Source: Rebecca billardiae RCC1528 (taxonomy: Eukaryota > Protista > Haptophyta). From it: DNA of 64,000 nt. Shown piece after piece: positions 55,183 to 64,000 of the stretch. The notes beneath the pieces were generated by a model. The model was not told the DNA's origin and searched no databases. It was given only the letters and a program-made list of their open reading frames with translations. The stretch spans positions 1,302,001 to 1,366,000 of the forward strand of contig OZ251230.1 of assembly GCA_965240325.2 (NCBI GenBank). The letters run 5' to 3'. The stretch's first letter is position 1, and each line of letters opens with the position of its first letter. The position numbers and the translations under genes are program-made.

Positions 55183-56454
55183 ATGTCGCAGGGGCGGAAT
55201 GCAGGGCTCAGGCGATACCCACCGGGTCCTCGGACCGACTTCAGCTTCGATCCGCACCCCTCCAGCGCGCCGCGGCTGCGGAGCAACACGCAGATGCAGA
55301 AATCCGCCCTGCGCATGCTGTGCTGCGGCGCGTGCGTGGTCTCCATCATTGCCTTTGTCGCGCTGAGCTCACCGCCGCAGGGCCAGAACGCGTGGCTCTC
55401 CTTCGACTTGTGCCCGCAGCGCCCGAGCCAGCCGGGCGTGATCGACTGGGTCTCGGTCGCGCTGGCTGACGGCGAGCAGTGCCCGCCCGAGCCCCTGCCC
55501 GCGCCGTCGACCATGACCGTTGAGCGCGAGCACTTCCCAACGTATGGCGGCGTGTTCGGCCGCGGCTCGTACAGCTTCTTCGTGAAGGTCGCGCGGCCGT
55601 CGTTCACCTCGGGCGAGCTCACCTTCTCGATCGCCTCGGCCCGCGGGCACACGCTCCTAGCGCCGACGACCGAGTCGCTGCTCTACCTCACAGACTCGGC
55701 CGTCGCGTGCAACGCGAGCACGGACGCGCTGTGCGAGCGCGTCGACGAGACGGTCGTCGACGCGGGCGTGGAGGCGGCGCAGCGACGCCGGCTGCTCACG
55801 CGCGAGCGGGCCCGGCCGAGCGCGTTGCTCGAGCCGGGGGGGCGACCCCCGACCGCGCGCGTGCTGCTCAAGGCCGGCGCTGGCGGCGGCGCCGGCGGCA
55901 CACGAGGCTTTGCTGGCGGCGCGGGCGGGCGAGGTTGGATCTCCTCGCATGCGACCCCGCAGGCGCGTTGGATTCACGCGCGCACAGGCCCGGGCGGCTT
56001 CCCCGGCGCGTACCACGCCACGCCCACGCGGCTGACGCGGGCGCACGTCTTCTCCGCAGGCGCAGTCTTCCTCCTCCTGCACCACGGCAACCGCGGCGGC
56101 TTCACGGCGCAGCACTCGCGCGAGGCGCGCACCAACGTCGGCGTCGACGATTTCCTGGAAACTTCCTTCGATGTGGAGGCGGCGGACTTCCCGCTGCGTT
56201 TCGAGCTGCACTCGGCCGTGCTGCGCGTGGGCGGCTCCTCCGCAGCTGCCGGCGCGGCGAGTGCGGATGCTACCGCGCCCACGCCGACGGATGCCGGGCA
56301 GAGGCGCCGGGCGCTCAGCGCCGACAGCGCTGAGGGCGCCGTTGGCGCTGGCAGCACCAGCCCAGTGCCTCTTGGCGCCGTACGGCCACTGCTGGGTAGC
56401 AACGTCGTCGTGCCGCCGCCACTGCTGCTCTTCGGCTTTGAGCAGCTGCCATGA
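55183..56454 (+). CDS. Hypothetical membrane-anchored protein
   Basis: ORF with hydrophobic MLCCGACVVSIIAFVAL and beta-rich globular segments; start uncertain (55183 or 55294). Confidence 0.62.
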   Translation: MSQGRNAGLRRYPPGPRTDFSFDPHPSSAPRLRSNTQMQKSALRMLCCGACVVSIIAFVALSSPPQGQNAWLSFDLCPQRPSQPGVIDWVSVALADGEQCPPEPLPAPSTMTVEREHFPTYGGVFGRGSYSFFVKVARPSFTSGELTFSIASARGHTLLAPTTESLLYLTDSAVACNASTDALCERVDETVVDAGVEAAQRRRLLTRERARPSALLEPGGRPPTARVLLKAGAGGGAGGTRGFAGGAGGRGWISSHATPQARWIHARTGPGGFPGAYHATPTRLTRAHVFSAGAVFLLLHHGNRGGFTAQHSREARTNVGVDDFLETSFDVEAADFPLRFELHSAVLRVGGSSAAAGAASADATAPTPTDAGQRRRALSADSAEGAVGAGSTSPVPLGAVRPLLGSNVVVPPPLLLFGFEQLP

Positions 56455-57805
56455 CGGGCCGCCACGTCACCGCCATGGTCACGCCTACGCGCGCCGCGGG
56501 ACCCACGCCCAGCCACGGCCAGGCGACACGGAGTCACTGAACACGCCGACTGCGGGGGCCCGCGGGCCGCGGGCTGCGCCTGCCGCTCAGCCGACACGGC
56601 CCGCGAGCGCGAGCCGCTGGCCGTGCCCTCATTGATGCGGCCTGCGCCACTATGCGCTGGACTTGACGCGGCCGCTTCCATGCTGCGCCGAGTGCGGCGC
56701 AGCGGTTCAACAGATGTGATGGCGTGGGCCACGTGGTCGGACGTCGCCCGCCTCACCAGACGTCGGTGGCCTCCGTGCCCTCCGACTCCGTCACTCGTCA
56801 GTCGCTCCGTGGACCGGCAGCGTGGCCTGCCCAGTGGCCAGTGCCCCCAGACCTGGGGTGGTCGGTGGTGCCCGCGCGCGTGCCGCTCACGCGCCCGTCG
56901 CGGCTCTGAGTCTCATCATGATGGCTCTGCCGTCTGCGGAGTGCGGTCTGGCGTCTCAGACTGAGACTCACTCGGACCAGGCGGCGAGGGCAGACTCATC
57001 TAGCAGCTTGATTCTGACTCTGAGCCTGAGCGCTGAGGTCTGCGCCTACGGGCCATGATTCCAATCACTGATGCAGTCGCGGCCGTCACGGTGCCGAGTG
57101 ACTCACGGGCCGAGGCGGCTCACGGGGCCCGCTCCGGACGGCTCGTGCCCGGGCCCGGGCCGTGGGCGTGGCTGATTAAACTTATATAGTCACTATTATA
57201 GCAGCCATCATCAGTGCTGAACTGTGCTGATGACACGTACTGCGCTGTATCACAGTACGACCGCAGTGTTAGACTGAGCAGTCGCCTGCTCATGCACCGG
57301 GCGATGAGTCGATCTGCTGCTGTGAATAAACCGTCATTGACTGACGTCGTCCGAATCGGCCGCTGAGCGGCGGGCGCGGTGCCACCCGCACCAGTGACCA
57401 GAGCCGCAGCTCCAATCGGTGCGTGCGTCCTCGAATTCTGTGCTTCGCCTGAAAGGCACTCGCCCTGGGACCTGACCGCCAGAAAATCGCGCCGTCCGCC
57501 GCCGCACGCCCGACGGCGACGCCGCCGCCCATCCGTCCATCTGGGATGCCACCGTGCAGGTCGACTCGGAGCCGCGACATGACTGTCTTGCAGATCTGCG
57601 GATCTGTGATCAGGTGCGGCGGCAAGGCAGCCGTGCTTCCCCTGGCACAGCCGTGGTCAACCGCACGCGGTCACGCGGGCAAGCACGCGCAAGGACGTGT
57701 GGAGCGCCAGCCGAGGCCAGCTCGCATCAGCCGACGCAGCGCGTGCTTGTGGCCGCCGCCGAGCGGCGAGTGGCGGCGCGCCGTCGCGGCGCGAGAGTGC
57801 TCATA

Positions 57806-58918
57806 TCATACTCTCCCGCTCTGCGGATGCTCGGTCGAGGACTGCGGCGGCACCTCGCCATTCTCGTCGGACGCCCCCCCGTTGAGGGGCGTGAGCCCGA
57901 GGGAGCGCGCGCGCTGCGCCTCGAGCGCCTTCTGCTCATCCTCGTCCGAAGATGGCTGGTAGTTGCCCACAATGCACTTAAATAAGCCGACGTCTTTGGG
58001 CGCGTACGTCCACGATAGTCGCCAAGCGATCAGCACAAAGATGCCGATCAGCACGATCTCCACGACGCCGTAGTAGATGGGGACGAGGAGCGCGCGCGCC
58101 GACTGGGCTGGCGTGGGGAATATCGACACCGCGATGGTGAACGCCAGGCTCGTGTTCTGATAGCAGCACTCGATGCAGATCGCCACAGCCTCCGGGTCGC
58201 TGCAGCGGAGGCATTTCGCAATGGTGAACGCGATCAACAGCCCGAGGATGCACGGCGCGGCGACCGCGAGCCACCACGTGGGCTGCAGGGACTGCAGCGA
58301 CATGAGCGTCGCTTCGGGCCCCGACGGCCCCTCCTCGTCCCCTTCGGAGCTCCCGCCCGACGCCACCACCAGCGCCACGACGATGTTGGCGATGCCACCA
58401 AAGGAGCCGAGCTTGTTCATCAGCCCCTTGTGCTGCGGCCACTTTGTGCCGATGGAGAGGCCCACGATGACGCTGGCGATGACAACGGCCACGGCGGTCA
58501 TGATGCCGGGCCAGTTCAGCCCCACCGCCACGCCGTAGATCGCCTGCACGTAGATCAGCAGGTTGAGCGGCAGGAAGCCGATCGAGATGAGCGTGCTCAC
58601 CGTCGTCATGGCCACGGAGAGCGTCAGGTCGGCGTTGCCGACCATGCACCACCAGCCTGAGAGGCCGCCACCAGGCGAGGTGGTCAAAATGAGCAGCATG
58701 ATTCCGAACAGCGGCTCGAGCTGGAACGCCGAGACCGAGCAGAAGCCGAGGAAAGGCAGCAGCAAGAACTGGCATGTCACGCCCGTGCCAATGCCCCTGT
58801 AGTTCTTGAGCTTGGTGCGGAATCGGGCGAGGTCGGTCGTGCCTGCCATGCCCATGATGAGCGTGAACAGGAATATGTTCGACAGGACCACCGTGGCCGT
58901 CTGCCCGGCCGACGACAT
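57806..58918 (-). CDS. Bile acid:sodium symporter family (BASS/SLC10) transporter
   Basis: CQFLLLPFLGF, SPGG, ADLTLSVAMTTVST, IECCYQN. Confidence 0.92.
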   Translation of the reverse strand: MSSAGQTATVVLSNIFLFTLIMGMAGTTDLARFRTKLKNYRGIGTGVTCQFLLLPFLGFCSVSAFQLEPLFGIMLLILTTSPGGGLSGWWCMVGNADLTLSVAMTTVSTLISIGFLPLNLLIYVQAIYGVAVGLNWPGIMTAVAVVIASVIVGLSIGTKWPQHKGLMNKLGSFGGIANIVVALVVASGGSSEGDEEGPSGPEATLMSLQSLQPTWWLAVAAPCILGLLIAFTIAKCLRCSDPEAVAICIECCYQNTSLAFTIAVSIFPTPAQSARALLVPIYYGVVEIVLIGIFVLIAWRLSWTYAPKDVGLFKCIVGNYQPSSDEDEQKALEAQRARSLGLTPLNGGASDENGEVPPQSSTEHPQSGRV

Positions 58919-59313
58919 GGCGGCCGCCTCCTCGCCCGCCGGCTTGGAGAAGGTGAGCAGGCCCAGGCCCCGGCGGCAAGAGGCTCCTCAAAAGCACCTC
59001 TGCGCTGGGTTCCGCTTGAGATTTGCTGTGCCGCCTCTGTGCGCCAGGTTTGCCGGGGCTGTTCATCAGGGCCGTACCCGCACGTACTACCAAGGGGACT
59101 CCCCTTGGTACTACGAAGGTACCCGTACTCGTAGTGACAATCGTTCGGCGCGCCTAGAAGCAGGCCGAGGCGACTAGGAATCTGGTCGTCGAAACCACGA
59201 AAGGCACGCAAACATCAAGTTTGGTCTTCCCGGCGTGTCGGGCTGGAAGCGCCGGACTGCATCACTGCAACAGTGCAAGTCCGGGGTGGCCGCTCGGGTC
59301 CGCTTGCATCGCG

Positions 59314-60132
59314 ATGATGAGGCTCGCGCGCTTCGCGCTCTTGTCGACGATGGCGCCGGCGGTGGCGCTCGCGTCGAAGCTGCCTTCGAAGCTCACGCTG
59401 CACGTATATGACCACTGCCCCTACTGCAACCGCGTCGAGTTCGTCCTGGGGAAGATGCGAGTCAAATACGAGCGCGCGGTCTACGGGTATGGCGCGGGTG
59501 CGGACCCATCCAAGTGCGAGGGCACGGGCTACGACGTGGGGGGCGGACCCGTGCCGCTCACGGGCAAGAAGATGCTTCCCGTCCTCGTTGGCGAGGGTGT
59601 GCCCACCCGTGGTGATGACATGGTCGGCCTCCCCGAGAGCCTCGAGATCTGCTCGTTTGTCGCGGCGCTCGGTGAGCGAGAGCGCGCGCCGGCACCCGCC
59701 ACTGGCCGCGGCGACATCGACGCGTGGCTCGCCGCGTTCAAACCCACCAACACAAAGCTCACGCGTCCGCGCATCCCGAAGATGCCCGTCGTCGACTGGG
59801 CCGACCCGCGCGACGCGGGCTACGCCGCCTGGAAGTACACGACGCAGTTTGACTTTGACTACGCGGCCGCGGAGGCCGAGACGGCAAAGCTGCTGCCGCA
59901 GGCGAGCGCTGCACTGCGCGAGCTGGACGCGCTCCTGCGCGGGACTGACATTGACGGCGCGCCGTGCCTCAATGAGTGGGGCTTCTCCATGGACGACGTG
60001 ATCGTCCTCCCCAACCTGCGCATGCTCAGCTGCGTGAAGGGTGTGGAGTGGCCGGCGCGCGTCAAGGCGTACCTCGAATCCGCGTGCGAGCACGCCGGCT
60101 GCAAGTCGTACGAGTCGACTGCCGTGGCCTAG
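59314..60132 (+). CDS. grxB: Glutaredoxin 2 (GrxB-type, GST fold) with N-terminal targeting-like extension
   Basis: YDHCPYC, GKKMLPVL, PESLEI, SMDDVIVLPNLRMLSCVKGVEWPARVKAY. Confidence 0.85.
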   Translation: MMRLARFALLSTMAPAVALASKLPSKLTLHVYDHCPYCNRVEFVLGKMRVKYERAVYGYGAGADPSKCEGTGYDVGGGPVPLTGKKMLPVLVGEGVPTRGDDMVGLPESLEICSFVAALGERERAPAPATGRGDIDAWLAAFKPTNTKLTRPRIPKMPVVDWADPRDAGYAAWKYTTQFDFDYAAAEAETAKLLPQASAALRELDALLRGTDIDGAPCLNEWGFSMDDVIVLPNLRMLSCVKGVEWPARVKAYLESACEHAGCKSYESTAVA

Positions 60133-60563
60133 GGCGTCACAGAGAGGGGGTGCGGCAAGCGCCATGGGCTCGACGGCACCTACCGCAGCCGCAGCCAGCA
60201 CATCGTTGTGCTGACATCATATATATGTTATTTCAGCCGCCGCCCATCCATATCACATGCCACGTGACTCACGGCTCGGCCGTCGGCGCCCGAGTCCCGA
60301 CCCGCGACGCCGGCCGATGCTCGTAACGTCTCACTCTCACGACGCGCTGACGACGCACGTCCGCCGGCCGGCCGACCGCGGCGACCGCCACCGTCCGTTA
60401 CCCGTACCGTGTCACTGACACTGTCAAGTGTCAGTCTGTGTAGTCACGCGGCACCAGGACAGCCTGCGGCACGGATCCGACGACAGTGCCACACGGCGAC
60501 CCACTGCGCAGGTGCGGCCCGGTCACCGACGGTGTACTATCACTGTGGAGTGTGGACGGACGG

Positions 60564-63071
60564 TCAGCACATCTCCAGCACCGCTGCAGTTGGTCCCACG
60601 CCTGACGAAGATGATGGGGCCGATCGCTCGGCCGCCGTCGTGATGAGTCGTCCACGTGCCGGGCTCGGGTGTGCTGGTCGACCGCTCCGCGGTGGGAGCG
60701 CCAACGCGTCTGTCCGCACGTCGCGCGGCTGCGCACCTGCCAGCCGGCGGTCGGCGGGCCCGGTGCCCTCGTCGGCGCGCGCCTCCGCTGCCACTGCTGG
60801 CGCCGCGCCACTCACGTCGGAGCGCCGGAGGCATGCCGCCTCGGCGGCTCCGTGCGCCGGCGCGCTGAGCCACAGCTCAACCGCGGGTGGCATGGCGGGC
60901 GTGCCGGCTGAGGTGAAGCACGCCTGGCCGGCGGCGTCGCGTGCGTCGCGCCTGGGCATGCACGCGCGCAGAGTGCCCAGCATGCGTCCGCCGCGGAGCG
61001 CCGTGTGCGCTGCGAGCACGGCCGCGACGACGACGAGCGCCGCGGCTCCCAAGAGCAGCGCCGCTGGGTGTGCCGCCACGAGACGCTCGAGCGAGGGCGC
61101 GCCCGATCGCGCGGGCGACTCCACCGCCAGCGCGCCTGCGCCCTGCCTGCCGTCGCAGAACATGGCGAGGGCGTACACGAGCGCCGCCTGCCAGTTGATG
61201 GCGACCTCGTTGGTCGCGTACGCGAGCTTGTCGTCCGTCCAGTCGGCCGCGCTCGGCCACGGCCCGCCGACGAGGAGGAATGGCCACGGGCGGTGCTCCG
61301 CCATCGACGGGCGGTGGTGCGGGTTGTTCGGCGGCGCGTTCCCAATGTGCGTCACGTACGAGCGCCCGTAGTCGTTCGCGCCGAGGAGGTGCGCCAGCCC
61401 GAGCGCGGCCGCTGACTCGTACCGCTCGGCGCGCTCCGCGTCGCCGTCGGAGCGCCGCGCGCGCGCGAGGCGCGTGGCCGCGTGCAGCGTGAGCGCCTGG
61501 CGCGCGATCGCGCCGTTGACGCCCCACTTGTACCGGCGGCCGACGGTGCGGCCGTACGGGTGCTCGATCGCCGCGTCGGCGATCGCGTCCGCCACGCCGA
61601 GCAGCACCCGCTCCGTGCGGTGCCGCAGCGCGCGGTCCTGCAGCGGCGCCGCCGGCCGCACGTCGCCAAGCAAGTACCGGAAAGTTCCGAGGGTCGTCAT
61701 CGAGGACCAGTCGAAGATCGGCTCGACGGGGCAGCGCGCGGAGGCGTACTTCTCGCGCTTGGGGTCGAGGTCGGCGCACTCCTCCTCCGGCGCGTCGAAC
61801 GTGCGCAGCAGCGCCTCCGTCTCCACCCAGTACGCGCCGTCACCCGTCGTCTGCCAGAGCTCGGCCGCAGCCCACAGCGACGCGCCCGCGAGGTGCGTCG
61901 GCGACTCCGAGTCGTACGTGCCCGTCTTGAAGACGCCCTGGTACGGCGGCACGGCGGTGGATGCGTTCGAGTGCTCGCGCAGCCACGCGTGCGCCGCCCT
62001 CGCCGCGCGCACGCACGCGTGCGCGAACGGCGCGTCGTGCGGCGCGAACGCGCGAGCGCCCATCGCCGCGACCGCGGCGAGCGACGCGGTCGCAATGGAC
62101 GAGGGCGGCGCGAGGAAGCGCTCGAGCGTGTCCGCGGCGGGCCTGACCTGGAGGTCCTCGAACTCGGTGGGCGTGAGCTTGTGGTACACCGCGCCGTCCT
62201 CGCGCTGCATCGTCAGCACCCACGCCAGGCCCCACCGCACCTCGTCGAGGAAGCGGGGCGTGCCCGGCACCGCGAGCGGCGGGAGGCTCGAGTTGGTCGC
62301 AGACAGCGAGCGCGCGATCGCGTCGCCAAAGTGCTCGTGCGCGAGGAGCAGGTTGCCGATGGAGAAGGCCGTGTTCACCGTGTACTTGCCGTAGTCGCCG
62401 GCGTCGTGCCACCCGCCCGCGGCCGAGAACGCGTGCGCCGGCCCCTCCTCGCGCGTGTGCGCGCGGTCGACGGTGCCGTCGTGCGCGTGGCACGCGCCGT
62501 GCCCAAATGACTCGCCGTCGCGCGCGATGATCGGCCCGATGGCGACGCCGCAGCGCGCCAGCGTGAAGCTCTCGACGGCGCCGCGCAGGGGCTCGTGGAA
62601 CACGTCGTCCGCCACGACGAACGGCACGGACCACACCACGTGACCCAGCCGAACGCGCACCGCCTGCAGAATGTACGTGCCGGGCGCCCGCAGCTCGGAG
62701 AAGTCTGCGATCCACGTGAGCCGCCCCATGTCCGAGTGCTGCGACGACTTGACCCAGTCGCCGCTCAGGACGACGTCGTCGGCCAGGCAGCGATACGCCT
62801 GGTCGCCGAGCTCGGGGACGCCCCAATGGCAGTGCCGCACCTTCCAGTGAACAGGCTCGCCGTAGAAGCGCGAGAACGGGATGGACGCGCGCTTCGTCTG
62901 CGCGGGCGTGTACCCGACTGAGTTGAGGCGCACGTCCGGGCCGGGGACGCTCGCCCACGGCAGCCAAAACGCACGGCTCCCGTCCACGAGGAGCGCCACT
63001 ACCACCACCGCCAGTCGCCCCGACCAATTCCGGCGGAGCGGCGGGTGGTGAAGTCCAGCGGCGGCTCCCAT
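60564..63071 (-). CDS. GH9 endoglucanase with N-terminal Ig-like domain, signal peptide and C-terminal TM anchor
   Basis: RLNSVGY.P...K, ADFSELRAPGTY, GGWHDAGDYGKY, LLGAN...SYVT..G....PHHRPS, YATNEVAINWQA; ATG 63071. Confidence 0.93.
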   Translation of the reverse strand: MGAAAGLHHPPLRRNWSGRLAVVVVALLVDGSRAFWLPWASVPGPDVRLNSVGYTPAQTKRASIPFSRFYGEPVHWKVRHCHWGVPELGDQAYRCLADDVVLSGDWVKSSQHSDMGRLTWIADFSELRAPGTYILQAVRVRLGHVVWSVPFVVADDVFHEPLRGAVESFTLARCGVAIGPIIARDGESFGHGACHAHDGTVDRAHTREEGPAHAFSAAGGWHDAGDYGKYTVNTAFSIGNLLLAHEHFGDAIARSLSATNSSLPPLAVPGTPRFLDEVRWGLAWVLTMQREDGAVYHKLTPTEFEDLQVRPAADTLERFLAPPSSIATASLAAVAAMGARAFAPHDAPFAHACVRAARAAHAWLREHSNASTAVPPYQGVFKTGTYDSESPTHLAGASLWAAAELWQTTGDGAYWVETEALLRTFDAPEEECADLDPKREKYASARCPVEPIFDWSSMTTLGTFRYLLGDVRPAAPLQDRALRHRTERVLLGVADAIADAAIEHPYGRTVGRRYKWGVNGAIARQALTLHAATRLARARRSDGDAERAERYESAAALGLAHLLGANDYGRSYVTHIGNAPPNNPHHRPSMAEHRPWPFLLVGGPWPSAADWTDDKLAYATNEVAINWQAALVYALAMFCDGRQGAGALAVESPARSGAPSLERLVAAHPAALLLGAAALVVVAAVLAAHTALRGGRMLGTLRACMPRRDARDAAGQACFTSAGTPAMPPAVELWLSAPAHGAAEAACLRRSDVSGAAPAVAAEARADEGTGPADRRLAGAQPRDVRTDALALPPRSGRPAHPSPARGRLITTAAERSAPSSSSGVGPTAAVLEMC

Positions 63072-63315
63072 CGTGGATCCCGATCCCGACGACGGTTTCA
63101 ACCTTTCAGGGGCGACGCACAATAGATTACCCGGGCTCGATATGAGTCGCGTGCTCGATTCATATTCAAGCACGTCTTGGCCTCGGTCCGGCGGCGGCGG
63201 CAGACATTGATCAAGCCGAGCGGGAGGGACGCATTTTTGGTGCTGCAGGCTGGGGACAACAGCATCAGGGCGCTTCACGGCCGCGCGCCCTTGGAGGGCG
63301 CTTGGCGTGGGCACG

Positions 63316-64000
63316 ATGCTGCGGGCTCCAGGTGATCGGGTAGCTCCATTCGGCGAGATCGTCCCCGGCTCGCCTCGGTCGCGTCTCTCGCCGAGCAAAC
63401 GAGTGCGCGCGGGCGCTCGCGCGCGTGTGCGATCCGCGCTCGTGTGCACTCGCTGCGCGTGCAGCGCAGCCCTGGCGCGTGTGGTGGGACGGCCGCGTCG
63501 GCGGATGGGGCGTGCGTCTGAGCGCCATCGTCGCCCGTGCCGCCCTCGCCTGCGCGCGCGCGGCGCGCCCTCGCCGCGCAGCGCGAGGAGGCGCTGATTG
63601 CGGCCGAGGGCACGCGGCTGGCCTTCTCGCACAACCAGCGGCTCAACGCGCCGATCAACGGGCTGGTGACGAACCGCACGTCGACGGCGAAGTACACGTA
63701 CTGGAACTTTATCCCGAAGAACCTCTTCGAGCAGTTCCGCCGGCTCGCCAGCTTCTACTTCCTCGTGGTCGGGCTGATCCAGGCGACGACCAACCTGTCG
63801 CCGACCGGCAAGTGGACGACGCTGCTGCCGCTGTGCTTCGTGATCTCGCTCAACGCGATCCGCGAGCTGTTCGAGGACGTGAAGCGGCACCGCTCCGACC
63901 GGCTCGACAACTCGCGGCGCACGCAGGTGCTGCGCGACGGCCAGCTCAACACGATCGCGTGGCAGCTCGTGCAGGTGGGCGACATTGTGGTCGTGAGCGA
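63316..64000 (+). CDS. P4-type ATPase (phospholipid flippase), 5' part; probable intron 63403-63581; runs off window
   Basis: NRTSTAKYTYWNFIPKNLFEQFRRLASFYFL, PLCFVISLNAIRELFEDVKRHRSD, W..VQVGDIV. Confidence 0.92.

Noticed and set aside
63072-63890. Upstream extensions of the GH9 ORF (also of the FYVE, DAHPS-like, CA and sulfotransferase ORFs)
   Set aside because: They overlap divergent genes or promoter-like DNA; downstream ATGs give sensible N-termini.

Overview
Very GC-rich, gene-dense eukaryotic nuclear DNA with short GT-AG introns (mostly GTGCGC donors) and several proteins carrying signal-peptide/plastid-type leaders. This suggests a microalga with a secondary plastid, e.g. a Pavlovales-type haptophyte (inference only). 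About 25 protein-coding genes are supportable, including an eIF2alpha-kinase-like kinase, THOC3, DNAJC17, a hemerythrin-like protein, Sel1-MYND, beta-carbonic anhydrase, TPR protein, sulfotransferase, FYVE-C2-DUF1765-like protein, F-box, prolyl 4-hydroxylase, MFS, ankyrin, BASS symporter, GrxB, GH9 and the 5' end of a P4-ATPase. No rRNA, tRNA or CRISPR was recognised. The main leads are three apparent bacterial-type sensing modules: (1) an 8-TM microbial-rhodopsin/PAS/histidine-kinase/receiver fusion that keeps the retinal lysine; (2) a tandem two-domain DAHP-synthase homologue that has lost most catalytic residues but kept the aromatic-amino-acid allosteric pocket; (3) an eIF2alpha-type kinase fused to a Rex-like Rossmann domain. 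Non-coding structure includes a 4.4-kb element with ~1.28-kb near-identical inverted arms and a nested TIR element, a 0.9-kb hairpin, and a ~50-bp dispersed repeat seen four times. All homology calls are by-eye motif recognition; no searches were run.
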